From an uncultured Spartobacteria bacterium (GTDB lineage Bacteria > Verrucomicrobiota > Verrucomicrobiia > Chthoniobacterales > UBA6821), in the NCBI GenBank assembly GCA_903868795.1, contig CAIPWR010000128.1:5953-69952 (forward strand): a DNA stretch of 64,000 nucleotides, given 5' to 3'. A program made the position numbers and the translations under genes. The notes under the pieces are model-generated. The model saw only the letters and a list, made by a program, of their open reading frames with translations. It ran no database searches and was not told the DNA's origin. Below are positions 52,749 through 61,877 of the stretch, piece by piece. Position 1 is the first letter of the stretch; each line of letters starts with the position of its first letter.

Positions 52749-55238
52749 TCACAATTGACCGGCAGCATGCAGGTATTGGAGCAGGTGATTGAGCAACCCC
52801 TTCCAGTCCTTCACGCGCCACTCCATCCGGGCCTTCAGAAGCAGGATCTCCTTGGTGTTCGCAGGATCGGAAGAGGCCTCCGAGAGCAGTCGTAACGCCG
52901 CCACTTCATTCCCATGCTCCAGATAATACTTGGCAGCGGCAACAGGCTCCGCCGGTACATCACTTTCAGCGGCTTGAATCCCTACCGATGGATCCGGCAA
53001 TGGGGGGAGCGTGATCTTGAACACATCCATCAGAGATCTGCACGCCTCCTCCTCCCGTCCCGAGGAAGCCGCAATGGCCGCTTGGGTGGCGATCGCGGCG
53101 TGAGAATACTCGGGATGCACCCCAAGGAATCCCTCCACGTTCTTTTTATCCCCACGCTGCCACCAGACCTCGAAGAGACGCCCCTGATCACGCTCTCCCA
53201 GTCCCTTAAGAAACGTTTGGTCCTTCATGGCCTCCTCAATCTCGGCGGCAGTGGAGGTCGGGCGGCTCAACCAAAAAGCATGTATCTCGGGAGAAACCCG
53301 CGAGAGTTCCCCCATTTCTGCCAATAGCGCAGGATTCGATGCGGAATCCCTGAGCATGGTTGAGAAAAGTTCTGTGCTTCTCCTGACAGGGGAATTCGGC
53401 AGATCGTCGAGGATCAGCTGCCTCTTCAAGGCATCCTTCCAGATCTTCGCCGCCCCCTTGGCATCGGCAGGGGCAAGAATGATTCCCTGCGTGTAGGCCA
53501 GATCCGCATTGTGGGGCTGAAGAGCCCTGGCCTGGGAAAACAGTGTCTCTGCCTCGTGCAGATCCCATTTTTCCTCAATCAGAAAGATGCCGTACTGTTG
53601 CCTGATATCCCCACGAAGTGGATATCTGCGGATGAGTTGCCGGCTAGTGCTGAAAATCGGGTCTAGCTGATACCAAGAGTTGTCGGCATAGGCATAACGC
53701 ATCAGAATCCTGTCGCGTCCATTGACCGACTCGAATGGAGGAACATCCCCTCCTCCCATCCATTGGGCCCTGACCATCATCGCCCCAGCCACAAGCATTA
53801 CTAAACCTGCAATCAGTAGCATGATGTACTGGGCAATGGCAGACGCGGACTTCGTCTCGGAGGTCTCATTGGGAACGGCAAATCCAATCGCTCCGAGAAT
53901 CATCACCCACCATCCGAGTTCGATACGATGGATCGGCACATCAACGAAACCATGCAACACTTCCGCCAGAAACGCCGAAAGGAACGCCCACTTGAGGGGC
54001 CAGGAATCACCGGCGATCACCGCAAGCGATGGAACCCCGCGAAGCAGGATCACAAGAATCACAAATGCCACAATCAAAGCAGGAAGACCGCTTTCGGAGG
54101 CCAGCATCAGCCAGTCGCTTTCGGGGTGAAGCGCCGTTGTCTTGTCCATTAAGCTGGACCTCGCATAAAATGGGTACAAAGAGGCATACGTGCCTGCACC
54201 GGTTCCCGTGAGGGGATAATCCCGGATCATCCGTAGCGTGTCCCGGGCTATGCCCATGCGGGCATCGACCTTGGTGCTTTCCTGATTGTTCCGCTCCCCT
54301 ACCCCGTGACCTCCGACTCTCTTTTGTATTTTGGGAGTGGGTTGCAGAAAACGCTGGAGCAGAGGGGTATCGGAAGTGGCGAAGCGCACTGCCATCGTGA
54401 GCGCTGCGAATCCAAGAAGGAAAAGAAGCCACCAAGGCCTGAAGCGATTCCCAAGACCGGCAACCCAAATCAAGATGCCGAAGAACAGGAAAAGCAACCC
54501 GCCTCGGGAGGATGAGAAGAAGAGAAGGCACGAAACCAAGAGCAGAAACGCGGCGGTGGCGATCAGGAAGAGCAGAAACTTTTTCCCCAAGATGGCCTGA
54601 CGAAGCAGTCCGAGGGCAACGATGGCTCCGGTAATCAGAAAACCGGCTGTATGATTACGATTCGGAAAAAAACCGAAAACGGCGGGATAGTCGGGATCCT
54701 GATCGAAAAACGGATAGTGCCACCCGGTTTTCCAGGAAATCACCGCCAGCACCGCATACAGAGAACATCCAATGACAGCAATCACCCCCGCGTACTCCAA
54801 CTGGTTTCGGGTGCAGGGAGAACCCAGTGCATGAAGAGCCACCGCAGCACTAAAGAGGGCAAAAAAGGTCCAGGCGATCGTGTCAGCAGGGCTGACAGTG
54901 AAGCTTTGCGGGAGATGGATTCCAATCCCTGTCTGGATCACCTCACGCCATCCCTGGATAGGGACATGCAGTGGCAACAGGGACGTCGTCATCAGCATTA
55001 TCAAAAGGGCACCAAGGATCCAGAGCATCCAAGGAGTGGATTGCGATGGTGCTCTGAAAACTAAAACCAGACCTGCCAACAAGAGAAAAAGTCCGCAAGC
55101 CCCCTGATGAGCATTTCCAGCAAGGAAAACTGCTATCAATGCTCCCAACAGGAGCAGGGAAGCTCCGCAAAGAGTTCTACACAGCTGAACAATCAAGCTG
55201 ATGAAACCATAAACGGAGCTGAAAAAATTTGATCTCAC
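52749..55238 (-). CDS. O-antigen ligase-like (Wzy_C) polytopic protein fused to a C-terminal TPR-like domain
   Basis: 829 aa. The N-terminal ~480 aa contain more than 10 TM helices with a large loop, as in O-antigen ligase/polymerase families. The C-terminal ~330 aa are soluble and helical-repeat-like. Confidence 0.6.
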   Translation of the reverse strand: MRSNFFSSVYGFISLIVQLCRTLCGASLLLLGALIAVFLAGNAHQGACGLFLLLAGLVLVFRAPSQSTPWMLWILGALLIMLMTTSLLPLHVPIQGWREVIQTGIGIHLPQSFTVSPADTIAWTFFALFSAAVALHALGSPCTRNQLEYAGVIAVIGCSLYAVLAVISWKTGWHYPFFDQDPDYPAVFGFFPNRNHTAGFLITGAIVALGLLRQAILGKKFLLFLIATAAFLLLVSCLLFFSSSRGGLLFLFFGILIWVAGLGNRFRPWWLLFLLGFAALTMAVRFATSDTPLLQRFLQPTPKIQKRVGGHGVGERNNQESTKVDARMGIARDTLRMIRDYPLTGTGAGTYASLYPFYARSSLMDKTTALHPESDWLMLASESGLPALIVAFVILVILLRGVPSLAVIAGDSWPLKWAFLSAFLAEVLHGFVDVPIHRIELGWWVMILGAIGFAVPNETSETKSASAIAQYIMLLIAGLVMLVAGAMMVRAQWMGGGDVPPFESVNGRDRILMRYAYADNSWYQLDPIFSTSRQLIRRYPLRGDIRQQYGIFLIEEKWDLHEAETLFSQARALQPHNADLAYTQGIILAPADAKGAAKIWKDALKRQLILDDLPNSPVRRSTELFSTMLRDSASNPALLAEMGELSRVSPEIHAFWLSRPTSTAAEIEEAMKDQTFLKGLGERDQGRLFEVWWQRGDKKNVEGFLGVHPEYSHAAIATQAAIAASSGREEEACRSLMDVFKITLPPLPDPSVGIQAAESDVPAEPVAAAKYYLEHGNEVAALRLLSEASSDPANTKEILLLKARMEWRVKDWKGLLNHLLQYLHAAGQL

Positions 55239-55476
55239 TTCAACGTTTTAGCTAGGGCCACTGAGGTGAAGGTACAGGAAACGCCTTGGAAAGAATTGCT
55301 AACCCAAAAAACCATGGAAGGCACATTACAGAAACCCTCCTTAAATTCCAGAAGACGATTAAAAAAGATTGCCTGTACTGATTTTTCTCGTTGCAAATCG
55401 TCAAAACATGCTCACCCTATAGGAGAAAGGTATAAATCTCTGTATTAGTTCCTCCAATCGATATCAACCCCCCATC

Positions 55477-57138
55477 ATGAAACACCATATCCTTGTTACC
55501 TCGATCCTTTCAGTTGTAGCTCTGGCTGCAAATGCCGGAGCCGCAATAACGAAGCCTAATACCATCAGCTTCACCTCATTCCCGTCGGACACAGCTTACA
55601 CCACCAATAAACTTTCGGTGAGTGCCACGGCAACTGCAGGAACCCCGACGATCACAGTGACAGGGCCTGCCTCTTTTGCTACGGGTAAAATTACCCTGAC
55701 CGGAACCGGAACCGTACAAGTAGTTGCCAAGGAGGCATCCGCTCCAACCGGTTACGCCCTTCCCACGCCGGTCACCAACAGCTTTGTCGTAAGCTTGGCA
55801 AGCCAGACCATCACTGCGTTTGCCGGGATCAGTGACCAACCCTACAGCACCAACGCGATTTCCATCACTCCTCCGACTGCTTCTTCGGGACAGGCAGTGA
55901 CGGTCACGGTAAAATCCGGCCCAGCGAATTACAGCGCCACAACCAAGAAGGTCACGATCACGGGAGTAGGAACAGTCGTTCTGGCCGCAAATCAGGCTGG
56001 CGTTGCCAATAAGTTCAGCGCAGCCGATGAGGTGACCACCAGTTTCAGCGTCAGCCAATCCAGTCAGACCATCGCTGATTTTGCGTCCATCTCGGCAGTA
56101 ACTTGGAACACTAATGCTCCCGTTATTACAGTGACACTCCCCAAGGCATCCTCGGGGCTCCCTGTTGTTCTCTCTGTCGTTTCAGGCCCCGGACAAGTGA
56201 CCGGAACCAACAAGGTCACCGCCACTGGAGCGGGAACGATCGTCATTGCAGGCAATCAGAGCGGCAACGCTAACTACACTCCAGCAGTCGCGGTGCAGGC
56301 AAACATCGTCGTCAACAAGGGTGTAAACACCATTGCGGCCTTGGGAGCAACGACTCCGGCAGCACCCAAGTATGGGGCCTCCTTCACAATACCAGTCCCC
56401 AAAGGCAAATCGACAGCCTCTGTCATCATCACGGCTACCGGTGCTATTGTGAATAATCAGTCTGATTCTACTGCCACCATCACCCCTACGACTCATGGAA
56501 CTGTGACCGTTTATGCTAACCAAGCTGGTGATGCGAACTGGAATGCCGCTACCCAAGTGAACAAGAATGTCACCGTGGCGGCCGCGGTAGCCGTCATCAC
56601 CCCTGACTCTAACAAGAACTCCACCTTCTCACCGACTGTTGGAAAAGTTACAGTTGTACCAACTTCGACCTCCTCTGGCGCATTTACTTTCTCCACAACA
56701 GGTACCGGGGGAACGGTTAACCCCTCTACGGGAGTTGTCACCATCACTGGAGCAGGTACCTTGGTTGTAAAAGCCACCCAAGCAGCATCAACCGATGGAA
56801 GTTATGCCGCTGTCACTACCGCTGTGACCGTCTGCACCATTACCATTGCCAAGGGAATCCAGACCCTCAACACACCTCCTAGCATCCCCACACCTGCGGA
56901 CGGAACTTCTTTCTATCTGCCAGCCGCAACGTCGGATCAAGGAGTTGCCTTATCCTACGGGGTGACGGGTGCCACCTATGTCTCAGCAACCCGAAAGGTG
57001 ACTGTGACTGCAGCTGGCACCATTAGTATAAGCGCCTCCGCAGTGGCTAATGCAAATTACAATGCGCTTGCCTCTACCTCGCTTAAGTCCTTCTCTGCGA
57101 CAAAGAAGGGATCGGTTTACAGCTTCTCTTCAAACTAA
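55477..57138 (+). CDS. Secreted repeat protein (six ~90-aa Ig-like repeats)
   Basis: It has the signal peptide MKHHILVTSILSVVALAANAGA. A recurring unit K(V/I)T(I/V/L)TG.GT(V/I)...A.QAG.AN(Y/W/F).AA ... appears six times. There is no PEP-CTERM or other C-terminal anchor. Confidence 0.5.
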   Translation: MKHHILVTSILSVVALAANAGAAITKPNTISFTSFPSDTAYTTNKLSVSATATAGTPTITVTGPASFATGKITLTGTGTVQVVAKEASAPTGYALPTPVTNSFVVSLASQTITAFAGISDQPYSTNAISITPPTASSGQAVTVTVKSGPANYSATTKKVTITGVGTVVLAANQAGVANKFSAADEVTTSFSVSQSSQTIADFASISAVTWNTNAPVITVTLPKASSGLPVVLSVVSGPGQVTGTNKVTATGAGTIVIAGNQSGNANYTPAVAVQANIVVNKGVNTIAALGATTPAAPKYGASFTIPVPKGKSTASVIITATGAIVNNQSDSTATITPTTHGTVTVYANQAGDANWNAATQVNKNVTVAAAVAVITPDSNKNSTFSPTVGKVTVVPTSTSSGAFTFSTTGTGGTVNPSTGVVTITGAGTLVVKATQAASTDGSYAAVTTAVTVCTITIAKGIQTLNTPPSIPTPADGTSFYLPAATSDQGVALSYGVTGATYVSATRKVTVTAAGTISISASAVANANYNALASTSLKSFSATKKGSVYSFSSN

Positions 57139-57151
57139 GAGAGCACAACTT

Positions 57152-57187
57152 AAAAAAAGGCCGCATCTTCGGATGCGGCCTTTTTTA
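57152..57187. terminator. Bidirectional rho-independent terminator
   Basis: A 9-bp GC-rich stem GGCCGCATC / GATGCGGCC (57159-57167 and 57172-57180) encloses the loop TTCG. It is preceded by A7 and followed by T6. It lies 14 nt after the stop of the 553-aa ORF. Confidence 0.85.
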
Positions 57188-57254
57188 TGATTTGATCACA
57201 TGGAATACTTGATCCAATCATCAAGAATCACACTTTTTCGGAGCACTAAAAAAG

Positions 57255-57342
57255 TGGTACCAGCGGTCGGGTTCGAACCGACACATCTTTAGAGGATACC
57301 GGATTTTGAGTCCGGCGCGTCTGCCAATTCCGCCACGCTGGC
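57255..57342 (-). tRNA. tRNA-Leu (anticodon CAA), type II with long variable arm and encoded CCA
   Basis: I folded it by hand on the minus strand. The acceptor is GCCAGCG/CGCTGGT (G1-U72) and the D-arm contains GG. The anticodon stem CCGGA/TCCGG carries the loop CTCAAAA, giving anticodon CAA. A 17-nt variable arm follows, then the T-arm GTCGG-TTCGAAC-CCGAC and the terminal ACCA. Confidence 0.9.
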
Positions 57343-57355
57343 TGATCAAGAAACT

Positions 57356-57384
57356 AAATTACACGAGCATATCAGAGAAGCCAA
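57356..57384 (-). promoter_or_regulatory. Possible sigma-70-type promoter for tRNA-Leu
   Basis: The minus strand reads TTGGCT (57384-57379), a 17-nt spacer, then TAATTT (57361-57356), which lies 13 nt upstream of the tRNA 5' end. This is pattern match only. Confidence 0.3.
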
Positions 57385-57477
57385 GTGGTTCTTCAATCCG
57401 CTTCCTTGAATTCAAAACAATTGGATTGGAGTAGGGAGCGCCTTGCAGATTCGAGGTCTCGTGCTACATTTACAATC

Positions 57478-57858
57478 ATGAAGAAACAACTCCTCCTAGC
57501 CGCTTCACTTCTCTTCACCCTGAATGCTTTTGCCGGTTCGTTCCCCGACATCAGCCTTTCAGATCTCAAGGCCGATATCGCGGCTAAGAAGGTCACCCTC
57601 TTGGATGTCAATGGCCCTGTCTCCTATGCCAACGGGCATATCCCCGGGGCCATCGACTACACGGCTCACACCGCTGATCTGCTCAAGGTTCTTCCTGCGG
57701 ACAAGAGCGCTCTGGTTGTCGCCTATTGTGGCAATGAACACTGTGGGGCCTATGCACGGGCCGCGGAGGCTGCCTCCAAGCTTGGTTACACCAATGTCCA
57801 GCACTTCAAGCCTGGCATCGCGGGCTGGAAGGCTGCCGGCGAAACGACGGAAAAATAG
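57478..57858 (+). CDS. Exported rhodanese-domain protein
   Basis: From the ATG at 57478 there is a signal peptide MKKQLLLAASLLFTLNAFAG. The rhodanese fold has the active-site loop YCGNEHCGAY. Confidence 0.75.
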   Translation: MKKQLLLAASLLFTLNAFAGSFPDISLSDLKADIAAKKVTLLDVNGPVSYANGHIPGAIDYTAHTADLLKVLPADKSALVVAYCGNEHCGAYARAAEAASKLGYTNVQHFKPGIAGWKAAGETTEK

Positions 57859-57863
57859 CGTCC

Positions 57864-58526
57864 TTATTCGGGAAGGCTGGAGACCGCGTTGGCATAGGAG
57901 CTCTTTGCACTCTCGTGGGAGTGAGCGCTAGTGTGCAGATCGCGAAGCAGTCCGTCTCGCATTCCGTAAATCCAACCGTGAACTGAGAGTTCCTGACCTC
58001 GCTCCCAGGCGTCACGAACGACCGTGGTCTTGCAGACATTGGCAACCTGCTCGATCACATTGAGTTCGCAGAGGTGATTGAAACGTGTTGATTCATCAGT
58101 CCAAGAGTCCAGAAAAGTGGAATGCTTCTGCAATACGTCATCCACATGGCGAAGCCAGTTATCGGCCAGTCCGACACGATCCCCCCGAAGCGTTGCGTGC
58201 ACGCCACCACAGCCATAATGCCCGCAAACGATGATATGCTTGACCTTCAGGACATCAACGGCGAACTGCATCACTGAGAGGGAGTTAAAATCGGTGTGGA
58301 CGACTACATTGGCCACATTGCGATGCACAAAGACTTCTCCCGGCGCAAGACCGACCAACTCCTCGGCTGGCACACGACTGTCGGCACATCCGATCCAGAG
58401 ATACTCCGGGCGTTGCTGAACGGCGAGCTGCTCGAAGAACTTAGGATCCCGTGCACTGAGATCCTGAGCCCACGCCTGATTATTGAAAAAAAGTTCAGCT
58501 ATTGATGACATAAAGGAGGATTTCAA
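57864..58526 (-). CDS. can: Beta-class carbonic anhydrase
   Basis: 220 aa with the zinc-ligand motifs CADSRVP and HYGCGGV. Confidence 0.85.
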   Translation of the reverse strand: MKSSFMSSIAELFFNNQAWAQDLSARDPKFFEQLAVQQRPEYLWIGCADSRVPAEELVGLAPGEVFVHRNVANVVVHTDFNSLSVMQFAVDVLKVKHIIVCGHYGCGGVHATLRGDRVGLADNWLRHVDDVLQKHSTFLDSWTDESTRFNHLCELNVIEQVANVCKTTVVRDAWERGQELSVHGWIYGMRDGLLRDLHTSAHSHESAKSSYANAVSSLPE

Positions 58527-58594
58527 ACTTCATACTCACAGATCGCGAGCAAAAAATACTCGGTGAATCATCTCAGGGACGTTCAATACTTCAG

Positions 58595-59455
58595 CTATTT
58601 GATCGCGGCCAAGGCTTCCACCACCAACGGGCGGTCTTCGGGATAAGTGAGTCCGAACCATGGATCTTGGGAATGAAGAAGCCTCACGGTGGCCTCACCC
58701 GAGGCAATCATGGAACTGATGGCGGCAGGCAAATAAAACTCGGCCTTCAGATCATCTCCACGCTCCTCCAGGAATTCCGCAAAATGGAACTCCAGGTTAG
58801 CGAAAAGATCAGGGGTAAATCCCCAGAAATTCATGGAGGTCGGTTCGGCTCCGGTCAGCTTCACCGGAGAACTCGCCTCGGCAACAATCCCCTCACCCGT
58901 TCTTGCGATTGCGGGACGCTCGATGATTTCCCTCAGGAACCCTTGTTCATCCGCAGTACAAATGCCTCGGGAGACGGTTCCATACTCGGAGAGAGTGTTT
59001 TCGAGTCGGTAACCGACCATGGCGAATTCCCCCGGCTTCGCCTGACGAAGAAAGGAGGCGAGTTTCTCAAATCCTGAGGGCCCGTAATAGTCATCGGCAT
59101 TTATGACGGCGAAGGATTCCTTAACCAACGGGGCGGCGGCAAGTACTGCATGACCAGTCCCCCACGGCTTACTCCGACCCACGGGGGCAACTCTCCCTTC
59201 CGGCAGAGGCTCGAGTTCCTGAAAGGTATACTTGACCTGAACGCGCCCCTCGTAGCGGCAACCCACCGTCTCGCGGAAAAGTTCCAGCATCTCGCGACGG
59301 ATGACAAAGACGACGGTGTTGAAACCTGCCTTGAGAGCATCGTTCACCGAATAGTCGAGAATGATCTCCCCTGCGGGGCCGACGGGATCAAGTTGCTTGA
59401 GTCCTCCGTAACGGCTCCCCATCCCCGCCGCGAGCACTACGAGCGTTAGTTCCAT
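58595..59455 (-). CDS. Sugar-phosphate nucleotidyltransferase family protein
   Basis: 286 aa with the N-terminal signature LAAGMGSRYGGLKQLD and the block KPWGTGHAV. The substrate cannot be determined from the sequence. Confidence 0.65.
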   Translation of the reverse strand: MELTLVVLAAGMGSRYGGLKQLDPVGPAGEIILDYSVNDALKAGFNTVVFVIRREMLELFRETVGCRYEGRVQVKYTFQELEPLPEGRVAPVGRSKPWGTGHAVLAAAPLVKESFAVINADDYYGPSGFEKLASFLRQAKPGEFAMVGYRLENTLSEYGTVSRGICTADEQGFLREIIERPAIARTGEGIVAEASSPVKLTGAEPTSMNFWGFTPDLFANLEFHFAEFLEERGDDLKAEFYLPAAISSMIASGEATVRLLHSQDPWFGLTYPEDRPLVVEALAAIK

Positions 59456-59490
59456 AAAAGGTATCGTTGCCTGAATTAAGACTACTTCGA

Positions 59491-60279
59491 TTAAGGCTGC
59501 TTTTTCAGCGGGCCCACCGTGGCAGCACTGTCCTTGTAGAAGATGATCCCATGCTGACGGAGATTCGCCACAAAGGCCTTCAGGTCACTAGTAGCACCCT
59601 GCACGGAATCCATCGCACTGTTTCCCTTCTTAAGAAAGACATTCGCTTGTTCCATGACTCCCTTAAGCTCACCCGAGGAAGCTGCCATGGCATCACTGGT
59701 GGTTCTGAAGTTCGCTAGCGTAAGCTGCAAATTCTGCACTCCCTGCTTATTGAAGACATCATCATGGAGCGACTTGCTCACAGCATCGATGTTGTCGAGT
59801 GCCGAGCTGAGTTTGGGAAGGATTTCATCGTGCAACTGGCGCTGGAGCTCCGAGATACTCGACTCACTCTGCCCGTTCTTGACCACGGTTCCGGGCGTAA
59901 TCGGCCTGGGATTGAGATTGTGGTCATCCATCGTCACCGTCACAAATCGATCACCAAGAAGCCCCGAACTCCCGATTGAGAAAATACTGCCCTCGGGAAT
60001 CTGAACCGTCTCCTCGATCTTCAATGGTACGGCGACGCCACGCATATTCGGAAGGACAGTGGGGGCTGTCGCCACCTCACCGATCTTTGCCCCGGCCAGC
60101 ATCACGTCGGCACCTTTTACGAGCCCGCTTGCATTCCGATATTCTACAGTCAGCGTATAATATTTCTTAATGCTCTCACCGAATCGGCCGAAGTAAATGA
60201 CAAGCGATCCAATGCAGAGAAAGCCCAGGATCATGAAAAAACCGGCTCGGAGCTGGTTGGAGATTTTGGTGGTGTCCAT
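59491..60279 (-). CDS. mlaD: MlaD/MCE-domain protein
   Basis: 262 aa with an N-terminal TM followed by the MCE block YTLTVEYRNASGLVKGADVMLAGAKIGEV. It lies downstream of mlaE-mlaF. Confidence 0.75.
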   Translation of the reverse strand: MDTTKISNQLRAGFFMILGFLCIGSLVIYFGRFGESIKKYYTLTVEYRNASGLVKGADVMLAGAKIGEVATAPTVLPNMRGVAVPLKIEETVQIPEGSIFSIGSSGLLGDRFVTVTMDDHNLNPRPITPGTVVKNGQSESSISELQRQLHDEILPKLSSALDNIDAVSKSLHDDVFNKQGVQNLQLTLANFRTTSDAMAASSGELKGVMEQANVFLKKGNSAMDSVQGATSDLKAFVANLRQHGIIFYKDSAATVGPLKKQP

Positions 60280-60300
60280 TGGTGAAGTATCGGAAAGGGT

Positions 60301-61062
60301 TTAGTCGATCTCGTGGGAACGTCCCTCGATGAAATCCGTAATCACGGGGTCAGTCGAGGCGTGAAGATCGGCAAGTGAGCCGTCGAAATGAATGCGTCCC
60401 TCGCGCAGAAGCGCGACCCTGTCGGCAATATGGTCTGTGCTGATCATGTCGTGCGTCACGACGATTGAGGTTACCTTGAGCTGGGACTGGAGGCGACGGA
60501 TGAGTTTGTTGATCGTATCGGAAACAATCGGATCCAGCCCCGCCGTCGGCTCGTCATAGAGGATGCAGGCTGGTTCGGTGATGATCGCACGCGCAAGCGC
60601 GGCACGTTTTCTCATGCCTCCACTGAGATTGGAGGGCATCTTGTGATCCTGGCCCTTGAGGGAGACGAGTTCGAGAGATCGGTCGACTTTCTCCCGGATG
60701 ACCTTCTCATTCCTCTCTCCGCGCTCACGAAGGGGGAAGGCGACATTATCAAAAACTGTCATCGAATCAAAGAGTGCCCCATCCTGAAAGAGCATGCCGA
60801 CCTTGCGGCGGACCGGCTCAAGTTGGCGTTCATCCAGGTGAGCAATCTCCTCCCCGTCGACCTTGATCGATCCGGAAAGAGGGCGAATTAATCCGATGAG
60901 ATGTCTGAGAAAGACACTCTTTCCCCCGCCGCTCTGTCCCAAGAGCACCGTGGTCTCACCCCGGGGAATATCAAGATTCACACCTCGCAGAATCTCCTGA
61001 CCGCCGAAGCTCTGGCGGAGATCACGCACCTCGATGAGGTTTTTTCCGACAACGGCAGTCAT
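60301..61062 (-). CDS. mlaF: ABC transporter ATP-binding protein (MlaF-like)
   Basis: 253 aa with Walker A GQSGGGKS, signature LSGGMRKR and Walker B ILYDEPTAGLD. Confidence 0.85.
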   Translation of the reverse strand: MTAVVGKNLIEVRDLRQSFGGQEILRGVNLDIPRGETTVLLGQSGGGKSVFLRHLIGLIRPLSGSIKVDGEEIAHLDERQLEPVRRKVGMLFQDGALFDSMTVFDNVAFPLRERGERNEKVIREKVDRSLELVSLKGQDHKMPSNLSGGMRKRAALARAIITEPACILYDEPTAGLDPIVSDTINKLIRRLQSQLKVTSIVVTHDMISTDHIADRVALLREGRIHFDGSLADLHASTDPVITDFIEGRSHEID

Positions 61063-61862
61063 CAGAATTTTCCTCCGGCAGGAAAGATGATGTTCAGCGC
61101 CATCGTGAGGAAGAAATTGATCATCAGGATGGACAGGGAGCTGATCACCACCGCCTCAGTCGTGGAGCGACCCACTCCGACTGCTCCATTGCTCGTCGTG
61201 AGTCCCTGCTGACATCCGACAAAGACAACGATGAGGGCAAAGACAAATCCTTTGGTCAGCGCCATCACCATGTCCTTGGTGTGGGTATAGAACCACATGT
61301 GCTGAAGGAAGAAGACACTGTTGACATTCAGGATCCGGGTGGCGACGTAGTAACTGGCAGTAAGGGCAAAGAAGATGCATTCCCCCACAAGCAGAGGCAT
61401 CGAGATCATCATCGCCACAGCACGCGGAACCACGAGGTAGTCGATCGGATTCACCGCGAGGGCCCGGAGGGCATCTATCTGCTCGGTGACCTTCATGGTG
61501 CCGATCTCAGCGCAGATGGCGGCACCGACACGACCTGCGACCATAAGGCCGGTAAGGACGGGTCCGAGTTCCCGGCACAGTGCGATGGAGACAACAGGAC
61601 CGACTGCGGAGCTCATGTTGAGGGCATTGAACTGAAAGAAGATCTGCGCAGTGAATACCGCTCCCGTGAAGATACCCGTGATAATGACAACTGCCTGGGA
61701 ACCAAAACCGATCTCAACGATCTGGTTCAGAACCAAGCGCCAACGGATTCTCCCCAAAAAGATCGATGAGAAGGACTCTCCTGCAAGGAAAGACAATTGG
61801 CCGAGGTAGAGACAAAATGCCCGTGTCAGCGGAAAGGAATACGGGAATCTCATCTTCGCCAA
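61062..61862 (-). CDS. mlaE: ABC transporter permease (MlaE family)
   Basis: 266 aa with a polytopic topology, conserved MlaE-like blocks (EIGTMKVTEQIDALR) and a 1-nt overlap with mlaF. Confidence 0.8.
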   Translation of the reverse strand: MAKMRFPYSFPLTRAFCLYLGQLSFLAGESFSSIFLGRIRWRLVLNQIVEIGFGSQAVVIITGIFTGAVFTAQIFFQFNALNMSSAVGPVVSIALCRELGPVLTGLMVAGRVGAAICAEIGTMKVTEQIDALRALAVNPIDYLVVPRAVAMMISMPLLVGECIFFALTASYYVATRILNVNSVFFLQHMWFYTHTKDMVMALTKGFVFALIVVFVGCQQGLTTSNGAVGVGRSTTEAVVISSLSILMINFFLTMALNIIFPAGGKF

Positions 61863-61877
61863 GTAATCACTCTAAGA

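Noticed and set aside
55477-57138. PEP-CTERM or other exosortase sorting signals at the C-termini of the 553-aa, 634-aa (31529-33433), 535-aa and 1708-aa secreted proteins
   Set aside because: The C-termini (…GSVYSFSSN, …LSLLKNVSL, …YSITLNFAL and …VVMNKLFTP) lack the PEP motif, the hydrophobic helix and the basic tail.
57139-57477. A mobile-element or integrase remnant next to tRNA-Leu
   Set aside because: The flanks contain no ORF of meaningful length and no repeat of the tRNA 3' end. They hold only the terminator and a putative promoter.
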